From the NCBI GenBank assembly GCA_050273025.1, contig CP158636.1, positions 2,294,001 to 2,358,000 of the forward strand: DNA of 64,000 nt. Direction: 5' to 3'. This DNA comes from Cenococcum geophilum (taxonomy: Eukaryota). Shown here piece by piece: positions 50,793 to 63,477 of the stretch; position 1 is the stretch's first letter, and each line of letters opens with the position of its first letter. Below the pieces are notes generated by a model. The model saw nothing but the letters and a program-made list of their open reading frames with translations, did no database searches and was not told the DNA's origin. A program made the translations under genes and the position numbers.

Positions 50793-52228
50793 TGTAAGCT
50801 TTGCAGTGTGTGGAAATTGAACGAGCAACTTAATTGTAAACCTATGGAAATCAAGTGGTATAAATACATGAAAGTAGAACCCGAACTCCGAAGCCCATGA
50901 CTCATTTCCAACGTATCTGAGACATACGAGGGTAGTGCTGACGCAGGTGAAACAGGGTAATATGCAAGGTCCGGTAGTCGGTTACACACCCCCCCAGATT
51001 TGACGGTGTAGTCAAAGCTGTAGAAGACAAATAAAGGTAGAAACTGTCCCAAAAATAGGAAATTTAGATACAATTTAGGAGTGGTAAAAGGATAGGGTAA
51101 TGGTGTTTGAAAGCTGCTTAATTACATTAACGTGCTTTAGAAGCTGCTCAATCGCATTGACGTGCTCATGGAAGCTGCTTAATTGCATTGACGTGCTTTG
51201 GAAGCTGCTGTTATTGCAGGAAGGACGTAGTCATTTGGTGACTCTGGTGACGTTAAGACGTCGTATCTGGTGACGTTGCGGTCGTCGCAACTGGTGCCGA
51301 TGAGGCTGGTGCCAATGTAGGCTGGCGTTTCGGAAGGGCGTCTACAGCGTGATGGCTGCGACTGGTTGTGGTAGGACGTCTGCAGCGTGATGGCTGCGAC
51401 TGATTGTAGCGTTGGTGCCTCCCTAGGAGGCCTTGATTTGATTTGGTGACAGGCCTATATTGAGGCTCTGGTGTTCGCTAGCTGGTCGTTCAAACGGTTG
51501 TCTGATTTGCGACGGTCCTTTGGCTGCCGTCGGTCTGGTACCTTCCTTATGTCTACCCAATATCCTTGTCTCTTACTATTAGTATATCTAAGCTAGCTTC
51601 TGCTCTGGCTCCGTGCTCTGGCATCTTGCTCTGGCTCTGTGCTCTGGCTCTGTGCTCTGGCATCTCGCTCTGGCTGGGCTCTCACTTGGACGCCATATGA
51701 GGTTGTTACGCTGTGGTGGATAGGTCGACTCTGTTGAATGGTTGTGTATCTGGGTTGAAGGAGGTTAGGGTTCGTATGGTTGGGTTTGTACGGTCAGGTT
51801 CGGTTTGATCGATGTTCGACGTAATTGATGTTTGATGTGTTCGATGTTTGATGTTCGATGTTCGATTTGATCGATGTTCTATTGTCCGTCCGTTTGGTAA
51901 ATGAAGATAATCACGAGTATAAGAGAGGTACCCGGAAGAAGCTCGAAACACTTGCAAAGGCGGTAGATTGATTGCTTAGTAAGCGCTGAATGTACAGATT
52001 AGATGCAGTACGGTAGGCAGGCCGGGCTCATAACTGTAAGCTTTGCAGTGTGTGGAAATTGAACGAGCAACTTGATTGTAAACCTATGGAAATCAAGTGG
52101 TATAAATACATGAAAGTAGACCCCGAACTCCGAAGCCCATGACTTATTTCCAACGTATCTGAGATATACGAGGGTAGTGCTGACGCAGGTGAAACAGGGT
52201 AATATGCAAGGTCCGGTAGTCGGTTACA
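50793..52228 (-). mobile_element. Small non-autonomous Copia-like LTR element (1436 bp, TRIM-like)
   Basis: 194-bp LTRs at 50793-50986 and 52035-52228, nearly identical. TSD TTTGC with the empty site in copy A at about 12400. GTTATGAGCCC follows the 5' LTR on - (fungal Copia-type leader). G-rich PPT before the 3' LTR. No pol. Confidence 0.92.
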
Positions 52229-52949
52229 TTTGCTATTAATATAGCCGTAGGTAGTATATCCCTTAGTATAGGCCGACTTGGTAGTTCTAGCTTTAGAAGA
52301 TTATCTTTCTTCTTAGATAGGTGGATATACTGCCATACCTTGTTAGTTTTAGCTATATCTTAGATAATAAAGAACCATTAAATTTAATCGGATGGCTTGT
52401 TAAGGATAAGGTTAATTTTTAATTTAGTAGAGGTTGTTATTTTTAGAATTTAATAGGTTAGGAAGGGTCTAGGTTAGGGTCCAGCTAGCGTCTTAGCAGA
52501 ACCTTATTTGGACGTTCCGAACTTTTAATTTAATTCGTTAGTTTATTCGTTAGTTGGATTTTATTACAGGGAGCGCGATTAATGACCCCTACTAACAGCT
52601 CTAACTACGTCTAATTTTTGATTTGTAAATCGGCAGATCTATAGGTAATAGTTATTGCAAGTAGCTCTAGGTGTGGTATATATAAAATCTTAACTATAGT
52701 GTAGAGAAGTCGTGGCTGCTAATATACGGTCCCAAGTATTCTCGGAGGTCACGTGACTTCTTATATAAGCGACATTTCCGCCCTTTAAAAAATTAAAAAA
52801 TTCTAAAAATCGATTAATGCTATAGACAGCAGCAATATTGATCCGGTAGTACTGCCAATTCTCCCTATATACTATTATATATATATTTAATAGCTCTAGA
52901 AGCGGTAAGAAGGTAGGACGGATAGGGGGGTTAAAATTTAGAAAATTGG

Positions 52950-55900
52950 ATTTCGCGGTTAAGCTGTTTAAAAGTTAGAAAACTAAGATAAATGCCGCAT
53001 TCTCTGCTTACCTCTGAGCCAGTATATAATTTCCTAATTAGGAAAAGTTGTTTACGAGTAGTTACTACTGCCTTTATGCAAAATCTTCTTGTTATGCCTC
53101 TTTAGTCTTACTTATAAATAACTAAAATTGTTTTATATTGAACCTACGTTTAAATATAAGCCCTAAAAGCTTCTTAACTTATAAGATTGCTATATAGGTT
53201 AGCCTAGCTGTTTTATCCTTTTCCTTAATATCTAGAACTACCTAGTTAAGTGTTAGGCCCTGGCTTTTATGTATAGTAAGAGCAAAAGCCAGAGTAATTA
53301 GAAATTGACGCCGTGAGTAAGAGCCTCTTATACCCTCCTACTTACGAAGCACAGAAAATATAGGGATAACTTTCTTACTATCCTGCCGAGTGAATAGGGT
53401 AAGTCCGTTGTACCTATCTACCGCAATTAGTAGTGACTGAGGCTGATCCTTTTTAATATCCGCGTGTCCCTTCCATATAACATCTTTAATTGTACTAGTA
53501 GTACCGTTTACTAAGCCTAGTTTAACCTAGATATTCTATATTAGCATTACTTTCGCGCTAATATATAGGGCTAGATTCTCTATAGTATCGCACTAATTAG
53601 GAGTAACTTTCCGCGTACCTATACTAGTGTTAACTGACTTAATAGCCACCACTGGCTGTAAAAGGTCGCGAAGCCGAATAGTGTTATACTTACCTATAGT
53701 AGCGCGTATGCCATATAGCCGAATTGCGTTATTAAAGCCCGCAACCTTATCGGTGGATAGGTTCTGCTTATACCTAGTTAAAAGAAGCTTTTAGGTTAAA
53801 TTACTTATAGAATTACTACGTAGCTCCGTGAGGGCAGTCCTAAATATAGAGCTCTTAGCGTTATTACCGCCCTGCTATATAACTTGATCTAGGATAGTAG
53901 TTCGGTTAATTGCCTTATAGGCTCCCTTTTTATAGCTAGCGAGCTCTAACGGCCTAGCAGGTAGATTACTATATAAGGCCGCCTGACCTATAGGGGGAAG
54001 CTGATGGAAATTGCCTACTAGTAAGATGTTTAAGCCTCTAAAGTAGTTGTTATTACGTGTAGGGTAGATCTAACGGAGGTGGCAATTAATCTAGGCCAGA
54101 TGTACTTGCCTGATTATAGATTTCTTATTAAGGATAAGATAGTAAATATCCTTAAAAGCTTATTATAGAGGCGTAAGACTAGCAGCAGGCAATTCCTTAA
54201 AGGGGCGATTTACTAGCAACCTTAATAGTTCGTATATAGTTCTACCGTTAATATTAAAGGTAGCTACTCTAGTAGGGGTGGCTCGAACTAATAGCGACGG
54301 CTTACTATTAGACATAGCTATATTATAGAGCGTAGTAGACAGAACAGTAATAAGATGTGACTTACTAGTTCCTGCCTCTTTATTAATATTAATCCGCAGT
54401 AGGGGGGGGCCAAGGCCCACTTAGATCTGCCTATAGTGATTAACTATAATATTATAGATATAACGCTGACCTAGTTATAAGGAGGACGGAGTTGCTATTT
54501 GGGATAGGCGGCTCCACGGTAGAGGCTGTAGCCGTGCTTTCTACTAATAAGTCCTCTTATTAAGCTGCGGGTACGTACCCTAATGCGTACTCTAGTTGTA
54601 GTTATAATTAAGCTCCCTATTACCAAGCCTATCTAGATCCTTAATTTTAACTTAGTTGGTATTTCGAACGCGGGCATGCAGGGCCTTAAAGGACTGGTAT
54701 AGCTCTAAGTCGTCTACGAAATCGCCCTTAAACTTATTAATATTATTAGTAGTTTCGCAATTTTTCTCTAGTTTCTAATTGCAGAAGTAGTTAGGCTAAT
54801 GCTAATAAGAGTTAACGTAAGCCTAATAGGAAGCTATATAATTAGGAGCCCTAAATCTATTAGTATAAGTAGCTACTTCCTTATACTCCCTTTACGGGTA
54901 ATAAAGAATAAGCTTTACGCGGTAAAACTTAGGATACTATAGATAGGAACGATCGCCGTTATATCGCGGAAAGTATAATATAACTTAAGGCCTTACTCTT
55001 AGCCGACGCTTATAAGTAGAGTAATTAAAATAGAGTAGAAAATTAAGGAAAGTAACGTCCTCTACCTTATCTAGGCGGCGCTTATATTTCTTATAGTTAG
55101 ATAGTCCGCACCCTCTTAGTTGCCCATTATTAAGCTTATACGTAGCGCTTTAATTATCCTCTTAGCGGTAGTCTAAAGTTACTATATTCCTAGAGCCTTT
55201 ATAAAGGGGAATATTAAGAAGCAGATGGTATACCTCCTGCGCTAACTAATCGCGTTTAGTAATAAGCTTGTTTATAAACCTAGCTACAACCGAACTAAAG
55301 GCGTGAAGGCTATTAGCGTGCGGCTATACTAATTAGAGTAACTCCTAGTAGGAAGTTGACTTCTTCTCCTCCTTGCTGTAATACTTGCCTATATAGTTAA
55401 CTATTACTAATATGCTTATAGCGGGTAACGTATTAATATTTGCTATCCACGCTAATATTATAGCTGCATTATAACCATTAAGAAGCTTATTATTACGCTG
55501 CGGACAGAACGTCTAGTAATGTGGATTTTAATCCTTTAATACAGCGGCCTTATTACGGAGAGAGCGTGGAAAATAGAAGCGGTACTCCTTTGCTCTAGTG
55601 GAGCCTTTCTTTAATCTTAAGCAGTAAGATTTGGTGCAATTGCGGTGCCGTTAAAATCGATTAAGGTAGGCAGTAAGAAGCTTACTGGTATTAAGCTATT
55701 CTTTATAGCTTAGAGTAGAAGAATATCGGAGATTAGGAGGCCTAGATTAATTAGGATTAATTACGGATATAAAAGTAGCCTAGTACTTAGCAAAAGCCGC
55801 CCTTAATTTAATAGCTAACGGATCTAGCCTTAGGGCTGTTAAACTCTATAAGAAGCTATATATATAGCCACTACCTTATACCTACCACTTATATTAGGAC

Positions 55901-57760
55901 CAAAAGTTAGTGCTATTAAATAGGCCTATAAGCACGTGCTTCCTAAATAGATCGAAGCGGCGATACAGCCAGTAAGCAGCAATATGCGGATTATTATTAA
56001 GATTTTAAGAAGCAATCCGGTAGCGCTAAGCCTTATTAGTAGCCTTATATTCGTTAAATAGAGGCATATAAGAGTGTAGATCATGCCAATGTAGATTAGT
56101 AGCGCTAAGTATAAAGAATAGAGACCTGCTTTTAATATTCTTAGCATAAGCCGTAAGCTTATTTCTCTTCTGCCTCTAGTAAGGTCTAGTGCCCTTAAGG
56201 CTCCATATATGCTGTACAATCTTATTTAGCAACTAGCCACCCCTATTACTATTTATAACATTACTAAGCTTATTTAAAGATAGACTATTCTTATCTAATC
56301 GGCCGTAAAGGAAATAGGTGGCGTTAAGGGCCTGCTCTCTTATAATCCGATTGAACACGTAGTAGCGAAATAAGGGGTAGCGGCCAAACTAACCGTCCTA
56401 ATACTTAAGCATATGCTTGGCGTACGCAGCTAGGGTAACGGTACGGCTTTATAGCATATTAAAATTAGCTTTGCCATAAGGAAATAGAGTAGGAAAGGCG
56501 CCGCGCATAATGAAACTGGCTAATTGCTTAGAGAGAGGTGTCTATCGCATAGTAGGAACCTCTAGGCCCACTTATAGGTCTTATTAGTATTAAACCTCGC
56601 GACCTAAAAGCTTTAATTTATTAAGGTTAGGCACTAGATTAGGAACTAAAGTATCTAGTACGTTGTTATTAAATTCGCGGTCCGGTATATTACTGCCAAG
56701 CTTAGCAGGTAGAGGATTAACAGCAGGACGTTGTATAGGAGCAGTAGGGTGAGCTGTCGGGCTACTAAAATTAGACTCCGACTTATTAATATAAGGTAGC
56801 TAATCTAATATAGAGCTATTTTTGGGTAAGCTGGTAAGCCAGGTGCTATATATTTTAACGTCGCAATAATTAGGATGATTAACCTTTAGAAAGTAAAGCT
56901 ATAGTAATATAGTAGAGCGCCTTACGGTATACCGCTTAGTAAACCGTTAACTTAGGTATTCGCCACCCTCTACTGCTATAGGCCTTACGACTAGTATATC
57001 AAGTTTATTAGGTAGCCGTGGTAGCTGCCTTTAAGTCTTTAGTATATTCTGGCCAAAGCAGCAGACGTAACTAGTATAGCGATATTACTAGCCACGTACA
57101 CGCACGACTTGTAGATAAACGTATACGCGCGCAATTAGAAGCTCCTCTACCGCGGTAAGTATAGGTAAGAAGCCAGGAACAGGCCCTAGATTAAGCTCAT
57201 TGCTTTTACTAAATAGGGGAGAAAGGGTTGGATTCTTAAGGCTATCGGCGTCCTTAATGCAGGCTTTATATACACCTATATTATCACCCTCCGTAGCTAG
57301 GCCCATTTAGAACTACCGCTCCTTACAACAACTGCACGTCTCCATACATTCAGCCTATAGTATACTCCTAAACTTCTTAATTCGCTCCTAATTGACGGCC
57401 GAAACGGGTAGTGGTGTAGCCGTAGTTAGAGTAGGCATAGGAGCTAGTTCTAGTAAGGACGCATTTAGGCCATTTAGAGTGCCTCTTCTACTAAACGGAG
57501 CTTTATTTATAGTATATAGCGGAGGAGTAGGCGAGTAAGCTTTACCCCACCAATTAAGAATGCGGTACTCCCGTTGTATTGCCCTAATTACCTTCCGCTA
57601 TTAAGCCATTTTAGGGGTATCTTAACTGTTCTGGCCGCGAGGCAGGAAAGCATTCTCAGTATCGTTTTTAGGTAGAGCAGTTCGCTAGCGCCTTATAGGA
57701 CGATTCTTAGTAGTAGAATCTAACTCTATAAGAGCTTTCCGCTTATATTTAGAGGCCTAG
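52950..57760 (-). pseudogene. Helitron RepHel (DUF6570-like + HUH Rep + PIF1-like helicase) relic
   Basis: LTAVEELLIARV..LQVVRVRG (about 57150). Rep motif 1 LFFILSATNLHWHDL (about 56100). Motif 2 FWS*YKW*V*GSGYIYSFL (RIPed YEWQxRGSGHxH, about 55880). Motif 3 YIGKYYSK (about 55385). Walker A ININKEAGTSKS (about 54375). Confidence 0.9.
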
Positions 57761-58136
57761 AAAAAGTAAGTAGAAGTAGAAGTAATATATAGGGAAGACG
57801 CGCCTTTAACCGATATAACTAGCACAGCTTTAAAATCTTCTTTAAAGGGCCGTCTTTAACAAAGTTAAGGCGGGGCTTATAGATATGGCACTTGCTGCAC
57901 TTAATTATAGTAGGATTTGCCATATTTATAATATATATAGGGTATTAATAGAGGTGTCAACAAAAAGGAAGGCGCAATACGTGGATATTTTGATGTTCAT
58001 AATATTTTGATGTTCGTCACGTGGATTCTGCCACAACTTACCGCGCGCACTTTTTTTTGACCAATCAGAAGCCAGCTTGGCAGGGTTTGAATTCTAGGAC
58101 CCGAAAATATAGACCACTCGTACCTCGGGTCAATAA

Positions 58137-61100
58137 ATTATATACTAAAGGTCTTATAAGAGGCCAGCCTTTCTAGAATATATAATTATTTAATTAATAG
58201 TATTATAAGTAAGTAGAAGGTAAGTTAAAGGTAAGTTAAAGGTAGAATAGGTTTTATATATTAAAGGACAAATACTTTCTAACCTTTTTTATTTAGAGAC
58301 TAATTGCTAGTTCTTCTCTAGAGGAGAACTAGCTTCCTATATAATCCTTCTAAAATACTAGTAAAACCTTTTACCCCTATCTATCTAACTATATCTTCTT
58401 TAGGGTATAGATAAGATATAAATAAGATATTAATAAAACCTCCTACTATCTTATCTAATATATACCTCCTAGGGGATTCTACTATAATTACCTCCCCTTT
58501 AAAGGTCCTAGTCCTCTAAAACTTTACCTCTTAATAAACCTTTATTAAATTCCGACTAAAACTACTAAGGAAAGTTCTTAGTAGAAAGGTACTCTATAAT
58601 GCGGCTTATTACTAACTCTTTACTAGTATAGAACTTTACTTTATCTTTTATTTCTCTACTCTTCTTCTACCCTAGCTCTTTATAGTGCTTTTATAATATA
58701 ATTTTAATAATAAAAATAAAATTTAGTAGGATTTACCTTTCTAATTATAGGAGCTTATTATAAATAGATTTAGAGATTATTTAGTACGACGCGCTAACTA
58801 ACTACTACCCCTATTTACCTAAAATAGATTTTAATAATAACGTCTTTCTTTAATTTCTTTCTATTTATAAGGTATTATCTCTTACTTATCCTTCTATTAA
58901 TAATACTATTTATCTTATTCTTAAATAGACTGTTTTTTATTATATCTTAACTTTTAGCTTCTATATTTCTAGCTATTCTTTTACTACTATTCTATTATCT
59001 TTTTATAATATATCTATAAGTAATAGGATCCCCGCCTTATCTCTTATAACAATACTAACTTCCTAGAGTATTCTCATAATAATAGCTTATAGATATACTA
59101 CGTATCCCTAGACTAGCGGCAGTGTTATTTCTCTCTTATTGGCGCCTTAGATAACTTCTATTACTCCTATAATAGTTTCCCTAAAATATTACTATTATTG
59201 CGTCTATACTCTTATACTAGACCTATCCCATACTTATAATATATCTTATTCTAGCAAAAATAAACCTAAATACTTCTATTACCGTAGTAGGAGAAAGACC
59301 TATATTCTAGTGGTTTCTATTCTATCCTATTCTAGATTTTAATAATTAATTAGACCCTGCCGTTTACATATATAAGACTTATAAGCTCTAGCGCGCTATT
59401 AGGGATTTCTATCTATATTTAAATAGCAATAGATAGGGATAGAAGGTATCTTCTATTACTTATAGGCTCTTTAATTTAATAAGGGTTTCTACTACTATAG
59501 AAATATAATAGACTCGGATATATAGTGTCTATAAATATATCTATAAGTAGCTTACCCTTATAAATAATAATATTCGCACTCTTACGCAGGCGTTTTTAGC
59601 TAGGTGAGTTTCTCTAGTAATATATTAGAAACTATACTAATTCTTTTAGCTAATAGCTTTCTAATCCCTACTTAGTTGCTAATTTAGAACCTAGGGATAA
59701 TACTAAGAATAGCGATAAAAGTTAAGATAAACGTTCTCCTCGCCAGTTTTCTACCTATACTAGCCTATCTTCCTAATGCTTAAAGAAGAATATTAGTAAA
59801 GGTACTAATACTTCTAGGGATAGAAGTGCTAATAATACTACTAATAATAATAACGTTAAGATAGAAGAGGATTCCCCTATTGCTTCGGCTAGTATTTAAG
59901 TTATTATCTTATTCTATCCTTCTTCTTATAGAATAGCTTTAGCCTCTCTAGTGCCTTTAGAATATCTTAGTACTAGGAATTAACTTTATACTTTAGGGAT
60001 ACCTTTACCTTAAGCTTTAGTAATAATCTATATAAAAGCAGTATACTACTATAATCCCCGTATATAATAAACGGGTAATATTCCTATAGGTGCCTTATAA
60101 TTTCTTAATATTTCTAATTCTTTATAGGCTGTCCTTTTACTCCTCTTTATACTATTAACTCTACTATATATCTCTAGTACTGGGCTAAATACTCTCCTTC
60201 TATCCCTAGGGGACCTATTTAAATCCCTAGGGCTTCTTCTTATAGTGCTACTACTTATTCTTAAATAGCGTCTTCTTTAGATAGTATCCCTAGTAGTTCT
60301 CCTATAGATCCTTATAGGCTTCCTCTTATAGAATTTTAGGATCCCTATTATAATAGCGAAATGTTTTTATTCTTAATACCTATACTTAACCTTATGGTTT
60401 TAATTTATAGGGTCTTCCCTATTATCTTACCTATAGTATATCTAGAACTATTACTAAATCTTAGCTTATAGTCTTTAGGAAATTTTTAATTACTATATTA
60501 TATTCCGGCTAAAGGTACTTCTTAGGTTTCCAACTATTATATATCTAAGAGTATCCTTTTTAATAAACTAAAATTTTACGTTTCTTCTAACGCTATCTTT
60601 AGTCTAAAATATTTTCTATATTCTATTCTAGTTCCCTATTAATTTCGCTAGGTAGGGATAGTTCTATACCGTCTCTTCTCTAGTATAGCTCTAGTATGGA
60701 AAGATAAAATATAGGGTATATTAAATATAATTTTGGTAATTCTAATTTATAGGCTTAATTTCCTTTCGTTTTCCTAACTATCTTAAAGGGTCTAAGCTAC
60801 TGGTAATCTAGCTTCTTCTTAATATATTTTATTTAGATATTTTATATAAATAGTAAGACCTTATCTCCTATCTTAAATTCTTTTAGGATATTTTTTTTAT
60901 TATAGTGCTTTTTCTATACGGCCTAGGTGTCTAGTAAATGCTTTTTAAGTTCTTATCTACGAATTCTTATTTGCTTAATCCTCTTAAACGCTACTAGTAC
61001 CTCCCTTTTAGGAACAATATCCTTAATATTCTAGGGGTTATTTTTATACTACTATAAGCTCGGACCCCTAGAATTCGGTTACCCCCTAAACTTAGTTACT

Positions 61101-61272
61101 CTACTAAATCGGCTATATTACTTTAGTAGCTATTTACACCCAACCAAATCAAATTAATTATTTGCCCCTATATACTATTTAGTGTATTGGCTTCGGGATT
61201 TCCATCTAGCGCATTTTAAGGCTTTAATTTTGGCTCCTTAACCCTTATTTTAGTCTTTTTTCCCTCTCCCTC
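58137..61272 (-). mobile_element. RIPed Gypsy chromovirus relic (integrase C-terminus, chromodomain, long 3' region)
   Basis: Minus strand LIYPIFYLSILE (from IHPVFHVS, about 60700) and VY*KGYS*IYNSWKP (chromodomain, about 60540). Assignment of 58137-60400 to the same element is inferred. Confidence 0.6.
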
Positions 61273-63477
61273 TATAACGAAGCCTTATAGCAGGAACTAC
61301 GGTAAACTTATTAATGGGCTGGGTATATAGGTAAATAGGAAGTCAACAACGTAATAATAACTAGTGGAGTGGTTGCCTAATAGATTAACTCTAATTATAT
61401 TCTAAGATTCACTATAAAGAAGAGAACTATCTAGGTAGGGACTGTAGTCCTTTAAATACACAATACTGCGCCTATAAAATACTAAGTACGTAAGGTACGT
61501 AGACAGATTTTATAGATCCTATAGATTAACAGATCTCCTCTTATAACTTATTATATAACTTAGCTACCCCTCGTCCTATAGTTCTACTAGTTTTAACACC
61601 TCCTGTGCTTCCACCATTAGTCCGTTTATATCTCTTCTTAGTAGTTCTACTACTGCCGATATAAGGTCCGTAACACCATCCCCCTCCTCTTTATCTTTAT
61701 CCTTAAAGATATCTCATATCTCTAAGTCGTCTATTAGAGGTGTGGCATTCCCGTCTTTAATTTAATGACCTTTATTATTACTTATTATGCTAAAGGCAAC
61801 TTCCTCTTTGTCCACTAATTGTTATAATTATATAGTACTTAAGATTCTTTCTCTTAGTAAAGTTATACCGTCCTACTCTCGTTATATAGAGAAGAAGTTA
61901 GTATATATTGCAATTACGGCTCCATCTAGTCGCTAACCTTCTTCTTATATCAAGTGCACGAAAGCGAATATGCGGTTATCCTGCGATATTTAATCCGTCT
62001 TTAACGCTAAATATACGCGTCTTATTAGTCTCTAAAGTCTCTAACTTCCTTATTTAATTTATTATAGGGTTCCGTATTTAATCCGAAGCTAAGAAGCTTA
62101 AGGCCTCTTTTATTACAGCTTATAATAAACTCCATTATTCCTTTAAAGAGTTTACTCGTCTCCTAGAAGCCTAGCGTTGTATGTTTAAGCTTTATTAGAC
62201 TATATTTGCTTAGTTAATCCGTCTTAAAAAGGTTTATAAGAAGGTGCGCTTTAAAGAGTACCGCTTAGTTAAGTAAGGTCTCCATAAGCTTAAGGCTAAG
62301 GAGGCTAAAAAGAATTCTAATTAAGTTAAGGCGGAAATAACTAATACACTAGCGGCAGATCCCTTAAATAATCCGGCTCGTCTATTGCCTTTAACTAATC
62401 CTTTTATCTTTAGCTTCTTCTTAATATTGCCTAATCTGTTTTCTTTTAATACTCCTATACCTTTCCTATAGCGTTTTTTTAAATTCTATAGTAGTTTCTA
62501 AGTAGTCTTATTATAGCCTATCTACTTTACTTTATACTATATTTTATTATTAATATTCTTATAACTAATAATCCTTAAAACTTACTATTTGTTTTCTTCT
62601 TATCCTCTATACGTATCTGCTTTATAAATTAATGGCTCTATATTCCTATATACTGGCTCTAGCATTATAATATGCTATATAAGGTAGATCTTTATCTTAG
62701 CTAGTAGGTTTAACTTAAATATAACCGGTAAAATCCTTTATATAATTTTAAAAGGTCCTAGTCTAATATAGTCTAACTTCTTACTTAGTTGTTAACTCTT
62801 AAAATTTTTATATAGTAGCCATACTTTGTCCCCCTCCTTAAGATCTAGTCCCTTAGATCTCTTAGCATTATAGTACCTTTTTATCCTTTTTATACCTTTT
62901 TTGTTAATTCTATAAGGTCTATATAAAGATTTATTAATGCCTTTATTCTTTCTTTAGCTGTACTACTTATTTTCTTCGCTTATTGTAGTAATAATAATAT
63001 TCTTAGCTTATATCCGTAATTTGCCTTAAATAGTAATATACCTATTCCTTTTTAAGGTGTTATATTATATATAAACTGTATAACTAGTAATAATAATACC
63101 TAATTATTCTATGCATAATTAATATAATACCTTAGATACTATTATGGTGTCTAATTTAATCTTTCCGTTTATCTATCTATTTGCGGATAGTATACTATTA
63201 ATATTACTGCGCGAACTCCTTATTCCGCTAAGAATACTTCCTAGAATGCTGCTACGAATCTTAGATCTCTATCTAATATAATTTTACTTAGTACTCTATA
63301 TTTTATAAACACTTCTTTAGTATAGATTCTAGTGACATCTTTTACTAAGATTTCTTCTGTATATGCTATAAAGTAGCCCTATTTAGTTAACTTGTCTACT
63401 ATTACTAGGATTACGTTATGCTCTTATCTGGTAATAGGATTTTTTAACTTTAGTAACTTAATAATAAAGTCCCATAA
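61273..63477 (-). mobile_element. 3' part of a second Gypsy chromovirus: LTR 61273-61675, PPT, chromodomain, integrase
   Basis: LTR T(G>A)TAACG...CGTAACA. PPT at 61676-61690. KEGDKVWLL...KKLDYIRLGPFKI (about 62750-62840). YYPQIDR*TERLN (from YHPQTDGQTERLN, about 63160-63190). Chromodomain at about 62470-62540. Confidence 0.88.

Larger units (their letters stand above)
48715..58136 (-). mobile_element. Non-canonical Helitron (Helitron2/Helentron-like) copy B
   Basis: RepHel relic present. The 5' end (minus strand) reads TTATTGACCCGAGG, with an inverted copy about 30-40 bp inside the 3' end (TTAACCCGAG on +, about 48746-48755) and hairpin CGTTAG-TCCC-CTAACG (48724-48739). Colinear with copy A. 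Confidence 0.92.
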
